From Octopus sinensis (lineage: Eukaryota): DNA of 64,000 bases. Positions 11,241 through 22,920 of the stretch are shown piece after piece. The translations under genes and the position numbers were made by a program. The stretch is taken from the NCBI RefSeq assembly GCF_006345805.1, contig NW_021830460.1, positions 1 to 64,000 on the forward strand, written 5' to 3'. Under the pieces are notes generated by a model. The model was given only the letters and a program-made list of their open reading frames with translations. It was not told the origin of the DNA and ran no database searches. Each line of letters opens with the position of its first letter. Positions within the stretch are counted from its first letter, which is position 1.

Positions 11241-11351
11241 TCTCTGAAGAGGCCGTGAGACATCCTTGTTAATGTCTCATTTATACCTGCTTTATATGGC
11301 TAATAGGTTAAATGAGACATATTTGTCCTCACGGCCGAAACAGCTGTCAGA
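11241..11351 (+). ncRNA. Type-I hammerhead ribozyme with long branched stem II
   Basis: TCT-CTGAAGA-GGCCGTGAG...CTCACGGCC-GAAA-C(AGCT)G-TC-AGA. Perfect 9-bp stem II, inner 12-bp hairpin ATGTCTCATTTA/TAAATGAGACAT, canonical GUC site. Confidence 0.8.
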
Positions 11352-11561
11352 TATGATGTAATTGTATTTTATATTTCTATTTCCATGTCTAGTTATATTT
11401 ACAATATATTATGTATAATGTCTTTGCTCTTATGTAATGGTGTAATAAAGAATTGATTGGGTTTATCTGATGGTTGATGATTGATTTATTTAGTAATGGT
11501 TTCTCCATTTTCTCATTTTGTATATATATATATATATTATTATATACATATATATATATAC

Positions 11562-11596
<35 letters not shown>

Positions 11597-11616
11597 ATAT
11601 ATATAATATATATATA

Positions 11617-11667
<51 letters not shown>

Positions 11668-11689
11668 ATACATATATATATAACCTAAT

Positions 11690-12330
11690 AGCACCACCTG
11701 GCGAAGTCATTCAAATCAGGAATCGGACAACATGGCCACTGAGTTGCGAGTTATTGTTTACGGAGACATATCCAGATGTAGATTTATCCGGGATTTTTTG
11801 AAGAAATTTGTCCAAAGACTTCTGAGACTTTATGGGGTCTTTTCTGCTTTAATATATTTTGGTGTAATGTTAAAGAGAGCGGGACCAATTGGGGTGAGGT
11901 AATTGTATCGTATTGTTGTCATGAGATATGAGTATGATTTGTGTTGTGGGTGGATAACACGAGGCCCAAGTCTTGAACGTATCTTAAAGGTGATGCCAAC
12001 ATCATTTGGGCAATGCTGATGGAATGTTTTAAAAATCATGCAGATGATGTAGCGCTTACGGCGACGCTGGAGAGAATAAAACTAGTCGACCCCAATAGTC
12101 CAGGCCTGTCATGCCATCTATCTTTTTCTCATAATTGACCTTTGAAGTGCTTCAACTTTCATCATACTATATTTCGTGTGAAGAGACCACAGTGGACAAC
12201 AGTATTCAAGGTGGGGTTGGGAAAAAGTGGAGAACAGACGGATTATGGTGTGGATATTTCTCGACTGGAAATTTCTGAGCATCCAGAAATAGAAAACAAG
12301 TTATTTTATTCCACACACCAAGTAATATAG
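11690..12330 (-). mobile_element. CR1/L2-group LINE 3' fragment (RT C-terminus, degraded)
   Basis: Minus-strand translation gives HLEYCCPLWS, VEALQRS, LQRRRKRYII, IGPALFNITPKYIK and FLQKIPD. Confidence 0.8.
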
Positions 12331-12909
12331 GAAAACTAGAAATGCACGGAAAACTATAAACTATAAACTGAAAACTTTAAATACATTTTTTATAAATGTA
12401 TTTAAAGATTTAACCGGTTTCACAGTTTACACGGATTTTCAAAGAGTTCATGGCTCAAATTAGTATATGTTTTGAATAGGATTTGATTAGTAGAGGATAG
12501 TCACATGACTAGAAATTTTTGTAGGTTACCCGCTACGTCCATGCGTTAGTATCAAGGGAAATCTTTGGAGTCGTACGTTAAGGGTGACACGGTTGACTGA
12601 ACATGTCTAGACAGTACAAAACAATCAATGTTCTGAATGTTTTCTGTCAAGTGTTTATAGAGAATGAATTTTTTGTACGCTTCCTGCAACGTCCGTGCGT
12701 TAGTGTCACGTGACAATATATTTTGCGCCTACAATGAAGACCGACACGGTTTCAATCAAGGCACTTTCAATTTAATCTGCTTGGTGAGAGAGTGGATAGG
12801 AGCAGTTTGCATGTAGTCCAGTGGCTAAAGTTTAGGTTGTTAGCAGTGTAGGTTCCTCAAGATAAGTGGCAGATGAGTTTTTGTGTGAATATTTATTTGT
12901 GTATATACT

Positions 12910-13825
12910 CTCTTAAAGTTTGTAAAGTCTTGGTTTGTACTTTTGTATGAAATTATTTTCTTTATTTATCCGTGCTTCATCTGTGATAAGACCTGGAATT
13001 TGGGGGTCCTATTTTTTACACATATGTCTATGTGTCCACTCAGTGGAATCTGTCTAGTACAGGGGTCTTGTAATTGTTGTCGGTGAATGGTCAGTCTGTT
13101 TCTTAGACTAAGCTTTATTTGACCTACGTAATCTTCATTATAGCATTGACATTTAATGGAGTAAATTAGATTCCTTGAATAACACGTAAAATGATTTTTT
13201 ACGGTAAATATCTGTCTTGGTTTGAATTTGTATGTTGTGTCTTCAATAAGGTTGATGCAAGTCCCGCAATTGGGGCGTCCACAATTTTTTACTGTCGGTG
13301 TGGAAATTGTAGAAGGTAATTTAGCATTTGTGAAGAATTTTTTTTTGGGGGGGGGGGGGGCTTAGATTGTTTTTTTTTACTTTAGATTATTTTGTGTATT
13401 TCGAATGCTTGGGTCTTGGGTCTTGTCTAAGTAGTGGGATGTTCTGGTGGATAATATTGTAAGCCTCTGTGTTTCTTGGGTTGTGTATTGTAATATAGAG
13501 GAGAGTATTGGGTGTATCTGGAGCATTTTTCGTAGTTCTTGGATATTATTCCATTGTCTATCAACATTAACATACATTGTCTTTTATGTAGTATTTGATT
13601 TAGTTCCTGGAGTTTCAGGGTTTCAGACAATTGTGTAGATTCATTTTGCTATATTAAATGGAATATTATTCTTCGTGTGTTTGCGATGGCTTGAGGAAAA
13701 CAGTAGGTATTGTTTAGAATCTGTTTGCTTGTAGTGAACGTCCGTTTCAATATTTTTATTTCTTTTGATGATTAGTATATCCAGGAATGGTAGTTGAGTC
13801 CTACTGCATTCCATGATGATCAAAT
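12910..13825 (-). pseudogene. Penelope-like element ORF remnant: RT thumb plus GIY-YIG endonuclease (Neptune-like, Cys-rich linker)
   Basis: LPFLDILI..TDVHYKQTDSKQYLLFSSSH..HTKNNIPFN; CGRPNCGTC; NLIYSIKCQCYNEDYVGQ..LRNRLTIHRQQ; ends FIQKYKPRL. Confidence 0.85.
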
Positions 13826-14159
13826 ATGTGACTATCCTCTACCAATCAAATCCTATTCGAAACATATACTAAAACCCATAAACACTTTTCGAAAATCAGT
13901 GTAAACCGGTTAAATCTTTAAATATAGTAATAAAAAAATATTTTAACTATTCTCAGGGCATTTTCAACTTCTATTTTTCATATATATATATTTCCATGCT
14001 ACAACATCCTTGGCTTTATGCGATTAGAGGTTGTGTTAACCCCATGAAGGATGGTTTCATCGAATGAAATACTATTTCAATACCTAGTATTTTGGGGAAT
14101 TAATATTCTTAAAATAATTGGTATTTATATAAAAACCTATAGTTTATAATCGTATAAAA

Positions 14160-14555
14160 GAATAAAAAGAAAATGGAGATTGGGAAGTTAATAATTGTTT
14201 ATTATTAACAACAAATGAATCATCAACCCCTACAGCTGTTTCAATTAATACTCAGTAAATATTAAATTTATATGACCTGAGCATAATATCGTCAGAGGGA
14301 AAAAATATACCCTTGGATGTTTTATATGTGTTTATAGATCCATTAAAGCAAACTGAATGAATCCATTATGCTATAATGAATCCTTAAACACAAATAAAAC
14401 ATCCAAGGGTATCTCTTTTTCCCTCTGAAGATATTATGCTCAGCTCATTTAAATTTAATATTTACTGAGCATTAATTGAAACAGATGATGATTAATTTGC
14501 TGTTAATAATGAACAATTATTCACTTCCCAATCTCCATTTTCATTTTCTTCTTAC
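14160..14555. mobile_element. Divergent inverted pair of PLE-like pseudo-LTR ends
   Basis: ~14160-14335 is the reverse complement of ~14385-14555, and both arms carry a hammerhead core. Confidence 0.75.
14227..14299 (-). ncRNA. Minimal type-I hammerhead ribozyme
   Basis: Minus strand reads CCCT-CTGACGA-T-ATTATGCTCAG..CTGAGTATTAAT-T-GAAA-C(AGCT)G-TA-GGGG: stem I CCCU/GGGG, GUA triplet. Confidence 0.75.
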
Positions 14556-14839
14556 ACACACACATACACACATACATACACGCTCGTAAAAGCTCTCTTT
14601 GTCCACCTTTACTGAGTGTCAAGCTAATACCTCCTATATGTACGTCTTTTTTGTTATTTTGAATGTCCAAGTTGACTATATATATACATACCTATGAGGG
14701 ATTATCCCGTCGTGGACAATAAATCTGGGATCAGCAGAAGAAAATGGTAATTATGTTCTATTGACACGTGACTCTTGAGGCCTGTTGGTGCTTTGCAAAC
14801 CATTTGGCAAATGGAACAAGTTGAGGACTCAGTTTCTCT

Positions 14840-14975
14840 CTTTTTATTCTCTGTTTATTTCCTCGTGTTCCTTTCTATCGAAGAGCGTAGGCTCGAAACG
14901 TAAAAGACTCTCTCACCTTCCCGAGCGTCAGACTAATACACCTGTCTTCGTCTTTTGTTTTGCTGTAAATTTCAA
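14840..14975 (+). mobile_element. Short PLE-derived element with decayed hammerhead (14871-14906)
   Basis: CTTT-CTATCGA-A-GAGC-GTAG-GCTC-GAAA-CG-TA-AAAG, with two core substitutions; ends at (CATA)n. Confidence 0.5.
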
Positions 14976-15339
14976 CTACAGATACATACATACATACATA
15001 CATGCATGCATGCATACATACATACATACATACATACATACATACATACATACATACATACATACATACATACATACATACATACATACATACATACATA
15101 CATTTATACACATATGTACGTATGCTTTGTATATATTTATAGACTGACAGACAGAGTGCAAGAGGGAGACAGACATGGAATATAAGAATAATGTAAAAAT
15201 TATATAAAAATAACGATCGTTATACAACAAAAGACTGCACCACACCCCATTAAAAAGAAACTGACGATATACAATACCGATAAGAGTTTGCACACTCCCA
15301 ACAACATAAAAGAATACACAATGCTGCATACATTCAGGA

Positions 15340-15925
15340 GCTGTTATCGACCTTTGTCAACGCTCCGCCTCCGAAGCCGGGAGCTGATGTAATCCGTCGA
15401 GGTAGGAAGTGAAAAGCTGCACACATCTGTTTGGGTTTGATTATTGTTTACCAGTCGTCGTCTGGCAAGAATCGGATCGTGGATTTATTTCCTCGTCGTG
15501 CCTCTGCCACTCGGGCCCTCGTGTTTCGCGTTGAAGAATTGGTCGTATTCCAATCTCACTGCGAGCAAGTCGGGTGCGATGCTTTTTCTAGAAGCCTCAT
15601 GAAACTTCCTGACTAGCTCTGCCTCTGCTCCTTTTCTTTCTACTGCTAAGTCCTTTGTTAAACCTTGTCGATTCTGTTCTAATCACCCGTTTCAAAGCGA
15701 ACTACTATTTGCTGTTGACGAGTGGTCCCGTCAAAGCCCGCTTATCTAATTCACTAATCCCGTCCCTGAAAACTTTTCACGCCGGTAAGGACGCGTTCAG
15801 CTCCCAGTAACTGGGTCTCTGTCTATGGAGCCTATCTAAGTCGACCGTACAGATCACAAATTTGTGGTCTGTGTAACTGACCACTTTAAATTGTGGACAA
15901 GCTATGCTATCCTTTTCTTCTCTAC
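15340..15925 (-). mobile_element. L1/Tx1-clade ORF2 fragment (APE C-terminus plus linker)
   Basis: YTDHKFVICTVDLDRLHRQRPSYWELNASL matches the SDH..WKLN.SL pattern; also LLAVRLEYDQFFNAKHEG. Confidence 0.7.
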
Positions 15926-15928
15926 AGA

Positions 15929-16060
15929 AGGCGCAGGATTGGCTGTGTGGTAAGTAGCTAGGCGCAGGAGTGGCTGTATGGTAAGTAGCTTGTTTACCAA
16001 CCACATGGTTCCAGATTCAGTCTCACTGCGTGGCACCTTTGGGAACTGTCTTCTACTATA
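15929..16060 (+). mobile_element. SINE family 1 head with duplicated first 31 bp
   Basis: GGCGCAGGATTGGCTGTGTGGTAAGTAGCTA followed by GGCGCAGGAGTGGCTGTATGGTAAGTAGCTTG. Confidence 0.85.
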
Positions 16061-16110
16061 TATTTCTTTACTGCCCACAAGGGGCTAAACATAGAGGGGA
16101 CACTTTTTTT

Positions 16111-16278
16111 TTTATAAATTTATTTATTAGACATTCACTAGTACAACACCAAAAAACCCCCAAAATATATGGCACACTAGGCATAACAACAACGTGAACT
16201 TCCAACCTGTTGTCTCTTGAGGTCTCTGGGTGAGACTTGGAGCCAACTTGTACAAACATAAAGCAAAATTCAAACATA

Positions 16279-16279
<1 letters not shown>
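16111..16279 (+). mobile_element. R4/Dong family A 3' UTR fragment
   Basis: Nearly identical to 43420-43580; followed by (AAT)n. Confidence 0.85.
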
Positions 16280-16347
<68 letters not shown>

Positions 16348-16394
16348 TAATAATAAACAATAATAATAATTATGATAACAACAACAACAACAAC

Positions 16395-16440
<46 letters not shown>

Positions 16441-16490
16441 GTAATAATAATAATGATGATGATGATAATAATGATAATAAAATAATAATA

Positions 16491-16523
<33 letters not shown>

Positions 16524-16580
16524 TAATAATAATAATAATAAGAATAAATAATATAATAATATAATAATAATAATAATAAT

Positions 16581-17735
16581 AAAAGAGAGAAGAAAGCAGC
16601 CTGCAGAGGATTGCGGTTAGCATCAGGAGAGACCATGGGTGAACCTGATGGTAGTGGTTATAGATATTTAGGAATGAAATTCAAGGTCAGGGAGGCGTAT
16701 AGAAAAAGGGTTAAGATGGTGTTGAAATCCAACCTGAATGCCAAAACTTTGATTACCGCAATGAATATCTGGGCAGTTGCAGTGCGTCCATCCTTAACTC
16801 AAGAATAGTGACAGAGGACTAATTATGCGATAAATGATGATGAAAACCTGCTTCTGCAATATGCTGCGAAAGATATGGGTGCAAATGCGATGAAATGATT
16901 GACAAGGAAGAGTTAACCTAAGAGCTGAGGAGAGAAAGAAGACCTTGAAATGAGAATGCATGACATTTGAAAGGAATACACAGGACGTTAAGGATAATAC
17001 AGCATCGTGAGCATGACTTGAAGCGTACCACTGAAAGCCTGATCATGCTGCACAAGACCAGGCTCTCTAATGAAGTATAACATCTATAAAACTTCTGAAA
17101 CCCAGAAATCAGGACTATGTGGAAGCAGTGTGGAAAATGTGACCCACTTGGTAAGTGTATGTGGGAGTCTGCACAAAAAGAATAAAAACGCCGCCATAAT
17201 AAAGTGTATGTGTATCTTATTGGCTCTTATACCGTAAATGCCAATATAAGAAACAGAGAACTGGTATGAGCATGTACCAAGTAAAGTTATGCAGGATGAT
17301 AGAAAAGTAACGATTCTCTGGGACTATGATTTTCAGACGGATCGTGTAATCGAACACCGTCGCCGGATATTGTCATATTGAATAAGAGAGACAAATACTG
17401 TCAGCTCATTGATGTAGCCATACCCAATGACATGAATGTTGTGAGTAAAGAGGTTGAAAAAATCTCCAAGTACTCTGAATTGAAAGTGGAAGTGGCAAGA
17501 CTGAAGGGAATGCGAGAAGGTAATGTAAAAGTGGTACCAATGGTGATCGGAGCGTTGGCTCAATCCCATTGAAACTTCAAAACTTCTTTAGGCGACTGAA
17601 AATCCTATGCTAGATTGATGTCTTGCAAAAAGCAGCCTTGCACATCTTAAGGAAGGTATTAGCTGTCTGAGGTCCTTGTAACTTGACAGATGACTAAAGA
17701 CTCCGGTGAACTTTTACTTACCGGTGTTATGAAGG
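16581..17735 (+). mobile_element. R4/Dong family D, 5'-truncated
   Basis: Same 5' breakpoint as 43767. Encodes NAKTLITAMNIWAV and LIDVAIPND..EKISKYSELKVE; flanked by (AAT)n; many deletions. Confidence 0.85.
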
Positions 17736-17883
17736 ATAATAATAATAATATAATATAATAATAATAATAATAATAAGAATAATAAATAAGAATAAAATAA
17801 TAGAAGAAGAAGAGAAGAAGAAGAAGAGAAGAAGAGAAGAAGAAGAGAAGAAGAAGAAGAAGAAGAAGAAGAAGAAGAAGAAG

Positions 17884-20651
17884 ATTACGAGATTAAAGAA
17901 AAGCTAAAGCAAGATATCCTTGCCAAAGCACAAAGGATCCGCCGGTACGAGAAACGCCAGCGCTTCTTTGAACAAAACAAACAGTTCAACTCCAACCCCA
18001 AAAAGTTCTACCAAGGACTTGGCAAAAATAAAATAGAAATCACTGCAGCACCAACGGCAGAAGAAGTGGAAGAATTCTGGAGAGAAATATGGTCGGCGAA
18101 CGAACAACCCCAAAAAAAAGGAGTATTAAAACAACAAACTCAGCATCTGAGCAACTTTGGACCCCATAACAACTGAAGAGGCCACCCAGGCACTGCAAAG
18201 ACTAAGCATCTGGAAGGCACCTGGACAACGTGTCTCTATCCCCTTCTTCTGGTTGAAATATCTAACAGGAATGCACAAAAAGCTGGCTGAATATTTTAAC
18301 AACATACTGGCAGAGCCAGAGACAATGCCTGAATGGCTCACGAAACCATCTTAATTCCCAAATCAATTGAGACAGCAAAACCAGAAAACTACAGACCAAT
18401 AACCTGTCTCCCTACAATGTACAAGACATTTACTGCAGTGATATCGCAAGTTGAACAAGCAACCTGGACGAAAACAACCTGTTCCAGAAGAGCAGAAAGG
18501 ATGCCGCAAAGGCTCATATGGCTGTAAAGATCAACTAATGATTAATAAAGCCATAACTGAAGACAGCCACGAAAGAAGAAAGGCCTCAGTATGGCCTGGA
18601 TCGACTACAAAAAGGTTTTTGATAGCATCCCCCACACATGGATCCTCGAAACACTAGCCATTAACAAAGTAGCACCAACCCTTATAAATTCATAGGGCAC
18701 TCTATGAATAAAGGCAAACAGTGCTACAGCTCAAACAAAAGAGGGAATCATGAAAACCAAAGCCATCCCCATTAGAAGAGGAATATTCCAGGGAGATACG
18801 CTCTCTCCACTCCTTTTCTGCTTGGCACTGCACCTCTATCTGATATGCTAAATAGTACTGGATGTGGATATAAATGTTACGGCAAAACGATCAGCCACCT
18901 TTTATATATGGAGACCTAAAACTATACGCTTCAAATGACAAACAGCTGGAACACACTATTAAAGACAGTTCATGGATTTACCAAAGAAATATATATGAAA
19001 CTGGATTAGAAAAATGCGCCAAAGTAACCATGAAAAGAGGAAAACTAGTTAAGAGTAGCAACATCACACTAGATAAAACCAATGAATAAAAGAATAGACC
19101 AAAGCCAAACTTACAAATACTTAGGAATCCATGAACTAGAAAAACACAACACACACAAATGAAAGAGAAAATAAAAAAGAATATTATAGACGAGTTAGAT
19201 CAATACTAAAACAGAGCTCAATGCTAAAAACAAGATAATATGTATTAACACTTTAGCTGTCCAGTTATAAGTTACAGCTACAATATCCTTAACTGGACAC
19301 TAAATTAAATGACCAAAATAGATAGGAAAACAAGAAAAATAATGACAGGATCTAGGATGCATCAACCCAAAATCTGACATAGAAAGACTATATATACAAC
19401 GTATAGAAGGTGGTAGAGACATTATACAGCTGGAAAACTACTATAAAATAACACCATAGGACTGCAAAATATCTACTTCAGAAGGAAAGAAAACTGATCC
19501 ATAGCGGCAAAACACGAGCAAAACAAAAAATGTTCTCAGTATTTAAGGAAGCTGACAAATACAAACAAGAAATCATACCACCTAATAAATATGAAGAAGA
19601 AGAAGAAGAAGAAGAAGAAGAAGAAGAAGAAGAAAAGAGAAGAAGAAGAAGAAGAAGAAGAAGAAGAAGAAGAAGAGAAGAAGAAGAAGAAGAAGAAGAA
19701 GAAGAGCCGAAGAAGAAGACAAGAAGAAGAAACAAACAAAGCTATAAACAAATGAAATCCAAACTAAAAATAGAACAGCAAAGAACCATGATAAAACGAT
19801 GGCAAGAAAAGCCCTTCATGGTAAATACTGGACTAAACTAAATGCAAAAGAAATAGACAAAGAAAAATCCCAGCAATGGTTGAGAAGCTCAGACTCAAAG
19901 CAGAGACAGAGGGATTTTAATTGCAGCACAAGACAAAGCCTCCCCACCAGAAATTACCAAAACATGTAATGAAAAGAAAATATAACAAGTAACTGCAGAA
20001 TTGTAGAGATGGACAAGAAACAATAAATCATATTATCTAGCTGCCCAGTCCTGGCTAAGAAGGAATATATTCACAGACATGACAGAGTTGGAACCTACAT
20101 ACATTGGAAGCTATGCCAACATTATGGAATAACAACAGAATAAAGATGGTATAGGCACACACCAGAAAAGGTCACAGAAAACGAGAAAGCAACCATACTC
20201 TGGGATATGCCGATACACACAGATAGAGAAATTAAGGCCAACAGACCAGATATAGTTGTTAGAGATCATGAAGAAAAAATGCTTTCTAATAGATGTATCA
20301 ATACCGGCAGATGACAACGTGTCTATAAAAGAAATGGAGAAACTCTCAAAATACAAAGACCTGGAAATAGTGGTAACCAGAATGTGGAATCTAAAAACAG
20401 AAACAGTTCCTATCATAGTAGGTGCATTAGGCATGATAAAAAAATATTCAGACAAATACATAACAAAAAACACCAGGACTTACAACACATATAACAACAG
20501 AAACTTGCACTACTAGGCACTGCCACATCTACGCAGAACACTTTCTATACAATAACCATCAGAGCATCACAACAAATCACAGCACATACCTTCAGGCACC
20601 AGAGCTGCGCTCGTAGTGAAGTGAAAGCACGCTATAAAAATAAACTACTGA
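17884..20651 (+). mobile_element. R4/Dong family C, 5'-truncated, frameshifted (RT, CCHC, RLE)
   Basis: ENYRPITCLPTMYK, EEQKGCRKGSYGCKDQLMINK, RPDIVVRD..LIDVSIPADDNV..EKLSKYKDL; internal (GAA)n at ~19592-19735; (AAT)n tail. Confidence 0.9.
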
Positions 20652-20679
20652 TATAATAATAATATATAATAATAATATA

Positions 20680-20723
<44 letters not shown>

Positions 20724-20737
20724 TTAATAATATAATA

Positions 20738-20768
<31 letters not shown>

Positions 20769-20770
<2 letters not shown>

Positions 20771-20967
20771 AAGAGCACTCAGAGAGCTCAAACCTCTGCC
20801 AAGGCAACACCAACGTTCTCTCAATGATTAGAGATGATGTTTAAAATGAGAATATCTTAAATAAACTCGACTGCTCTCCTAAACGAGAATACTAAAATTG
20901 AACCCGACCGCTCTCAAAAACATCGGAAAAATAATCCAGAATCCTTGTCCAGTACCTGGTCGATCCC
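20769..20967 (+). mobile_element. 5' half of the Helentron-like element
   Basis: ACAAGAGCACTCAGAGAGCTCAAACCTCTGCCAAGGCAACACC; matches 7481-7890 and 45241-45452. Confidence 0.7.
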
Positions 20968-21136
20968 AATGGTAGTCATGGAATGTGAAAATGGCTGTAG
21001 AAAATTTAGTAACAGTAATATATAGTTTATCCTTATCTAATACGAATCAAAGACCTTTTGGTTTTCTCTTCTCTTAAATTCTGGCCTTCCTTTAGTATTC
21101 CTGTAGTTTTAGATTGATGTATATATGTAAGTATAC

Positions 21137-22275
21137 TGTAAAGTGTTAATATTGTTGTGAATGGTTCAGCTTGTACAGTACTTCTTGACCTACTTTGCTT
21201 GGCTTGGAGACTGAAAGTCTACAATGCAAAGTTATAGTCCTTTGTTTTGGGAAGAGTAATGAACTTTTAGGGGACCTTTGGCCTTGTGCCGGTCAGGGAA
21301 ACTCCCCGACCCTGTCAGGTGAATTAGAGTTCAGTTTGTGAGAGACAATGAGAGAAATGTTGAGGGGCTGAGGAAGACAGATTAAGGAATCTGAGGAGCT
21401 GACCAGCGAGAGAATGATAGAGAATGTGAGAGAGGAAGACAGAGAGAGAGTATTACAGAGCTAAGAGAGAGGGAGATTACGACAGAGAGATTGGGGTAGT
21501 GACAAGGCAGTCGAGGACAGAGCAAGTGAGGATTTAGCAGTCGGTATTTGGGAGTCAAGGCGAGCAGTTGGCAGTTGGATTTAGCAGTGAGGATTTGGTA
21601 TTCGAGGTAAGCGGTTGGCGTTTGGATTTAGCGGTTGGCAGTTGGATTTAGCAGTGCTAAGAGAGATGAACTACAATGTGAGACATTGGCTGATGTAACG
21701 GTACGTGAGTTGTTGTATTGATATGTGAATTGAGTAAAGGACTTGTCGATGTGTTATAAAGGCTGGAAAAGAAATGAGACAGTAAAAAGAACAATGTGAA
21801 CTGTGTTGATATGTGTTACAGAACTGTTAAAGCAAGAGAGAGACTCTGTTGTAGTCTTTAATGAACATTGAACTGTATATGCCTTTAATGTCTTTGAACT
21901 GTAACGTTAATGTGATTTGAAACAGAACTGTTGTCTCCGGACTGTATAATGTATTGACTTGTTGTTTAATTCGACGTGTACTCTTTAAATGTTGTTGTTA
22001 TTGCATTTGATGTGTTGTTACTTGCATGTACTTCCTCTTTGATGTATCTGATATGTATTTGATGTTGTAACAATTATAAAGTGTTATAAACTAGTACGTT
22101 AAATGTAAGCCAATTGCCTTCTTTGTCTCTCTCTCGATTGCCTCTGTGTCTCCTGCAGCTGTTGTTGTAGATGTTATCTCTCTCCTCTCCGAGTTTCCGT
22201 AGCGAACCTTCTCTGATCAATCGGGCCTGTGTGAGGGATTCCGTTACAGCTTTCGTTCGAGGGAGTCCCGTAGCA
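21137..22275. mobile_element. ~1.14-kb insertion, solo-LTR-like (TG...CA)
   Basis: Absent from the paralogous site at ~45712-45720 (AAGTATACTGTATGTAT). Starts TGTAAAG, ends GTAGCA; imperfect 4-bp flanks ATAC/ATAT; no coding capacity seen. Confidence 0.5.
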
Positions 22276-22527
22276 ATATGTATGTATAATATATAATATA
22301 TATATATTATAAATATATGTTAGTGTTATTTAATTTCTGAACGGTTTTGCTGCCGTTTGTTGATGTAGTTTTGGTTTCTTTATCCATCAGTTTCTGCTAG
22401 GATAAGATGCAGGCAAAATTAACAATAGAGAAACGGAAATAAAACTTTGGAAACAGCCGAAAGGGAGATAATTGAGAAAGACTTGAAAGTGAACGTAAGA
22501 TCGTAATCATGTAAAGTAAATATAACA

Positions 22528-22713
22528 AACAATCCAGAAAACCTGCCCGGGACTGAATCGATCCCAAAATTTAATCATTTCGTGCCAGTTAAGAGGCCAA
22601 ACATCCCTAAAAGTTTCATCCGAATCCATCCAGCGGTTCTTGAGATATCTTCTCCAGGAACAAACAAACACGACTGAAAGCAGTAGCTCAACCTTCACTA
22701 AGACGGAGGTAAT
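22528..22713 (+). mobile_element. 3' half of the Helentron-like element
   Basis: GGCCAAACATCCCTAAAAGTTTCATCCGAATCCATC..CACTAAGACGGAGGTAAT; matches ~7860-8050. Confidence 0.7.
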
Positions 22714-22744
22714 AATGATTTCAAATTTTTTCTACAAATTTTTT

Positions 22745-22918
22745 GGGATGAATTGATTACATTGACCCCAGTGTTCAAGTAGTACTTATCTTATCGACCA
22801 CAAAAGGAGAGAAAGCAAAGTCGATCGCAGCGGAATTTGAAATCAAAAAGTAGCGACGGGCGAAATACCGCTAAACATTTCGTTGGGCGTGCTAACGATT
22901 CTGCTAGCTCACCGTCTT
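22745..22918 (-). mobile_element. SINE family 2
   Basis: TTACATTGACCCCAGTG..GCGGAATTTGAA..GTGCTAACGATTCTGCTAGCTCACCG. Confidence 0.75.
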
Positions 22919-22920
22919 GT

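Noticed and set aside
16581-20651. Very frequent 1-bp deletions and frameshifts, which might suggest recoding or unusual decay
   Set aside because: The pattern (deletion-biased, often in homopolymers, concentrated in this stretch) fits long-read consensus error or neutral decay. Frameshifts anywhere in the window should not be over-read.
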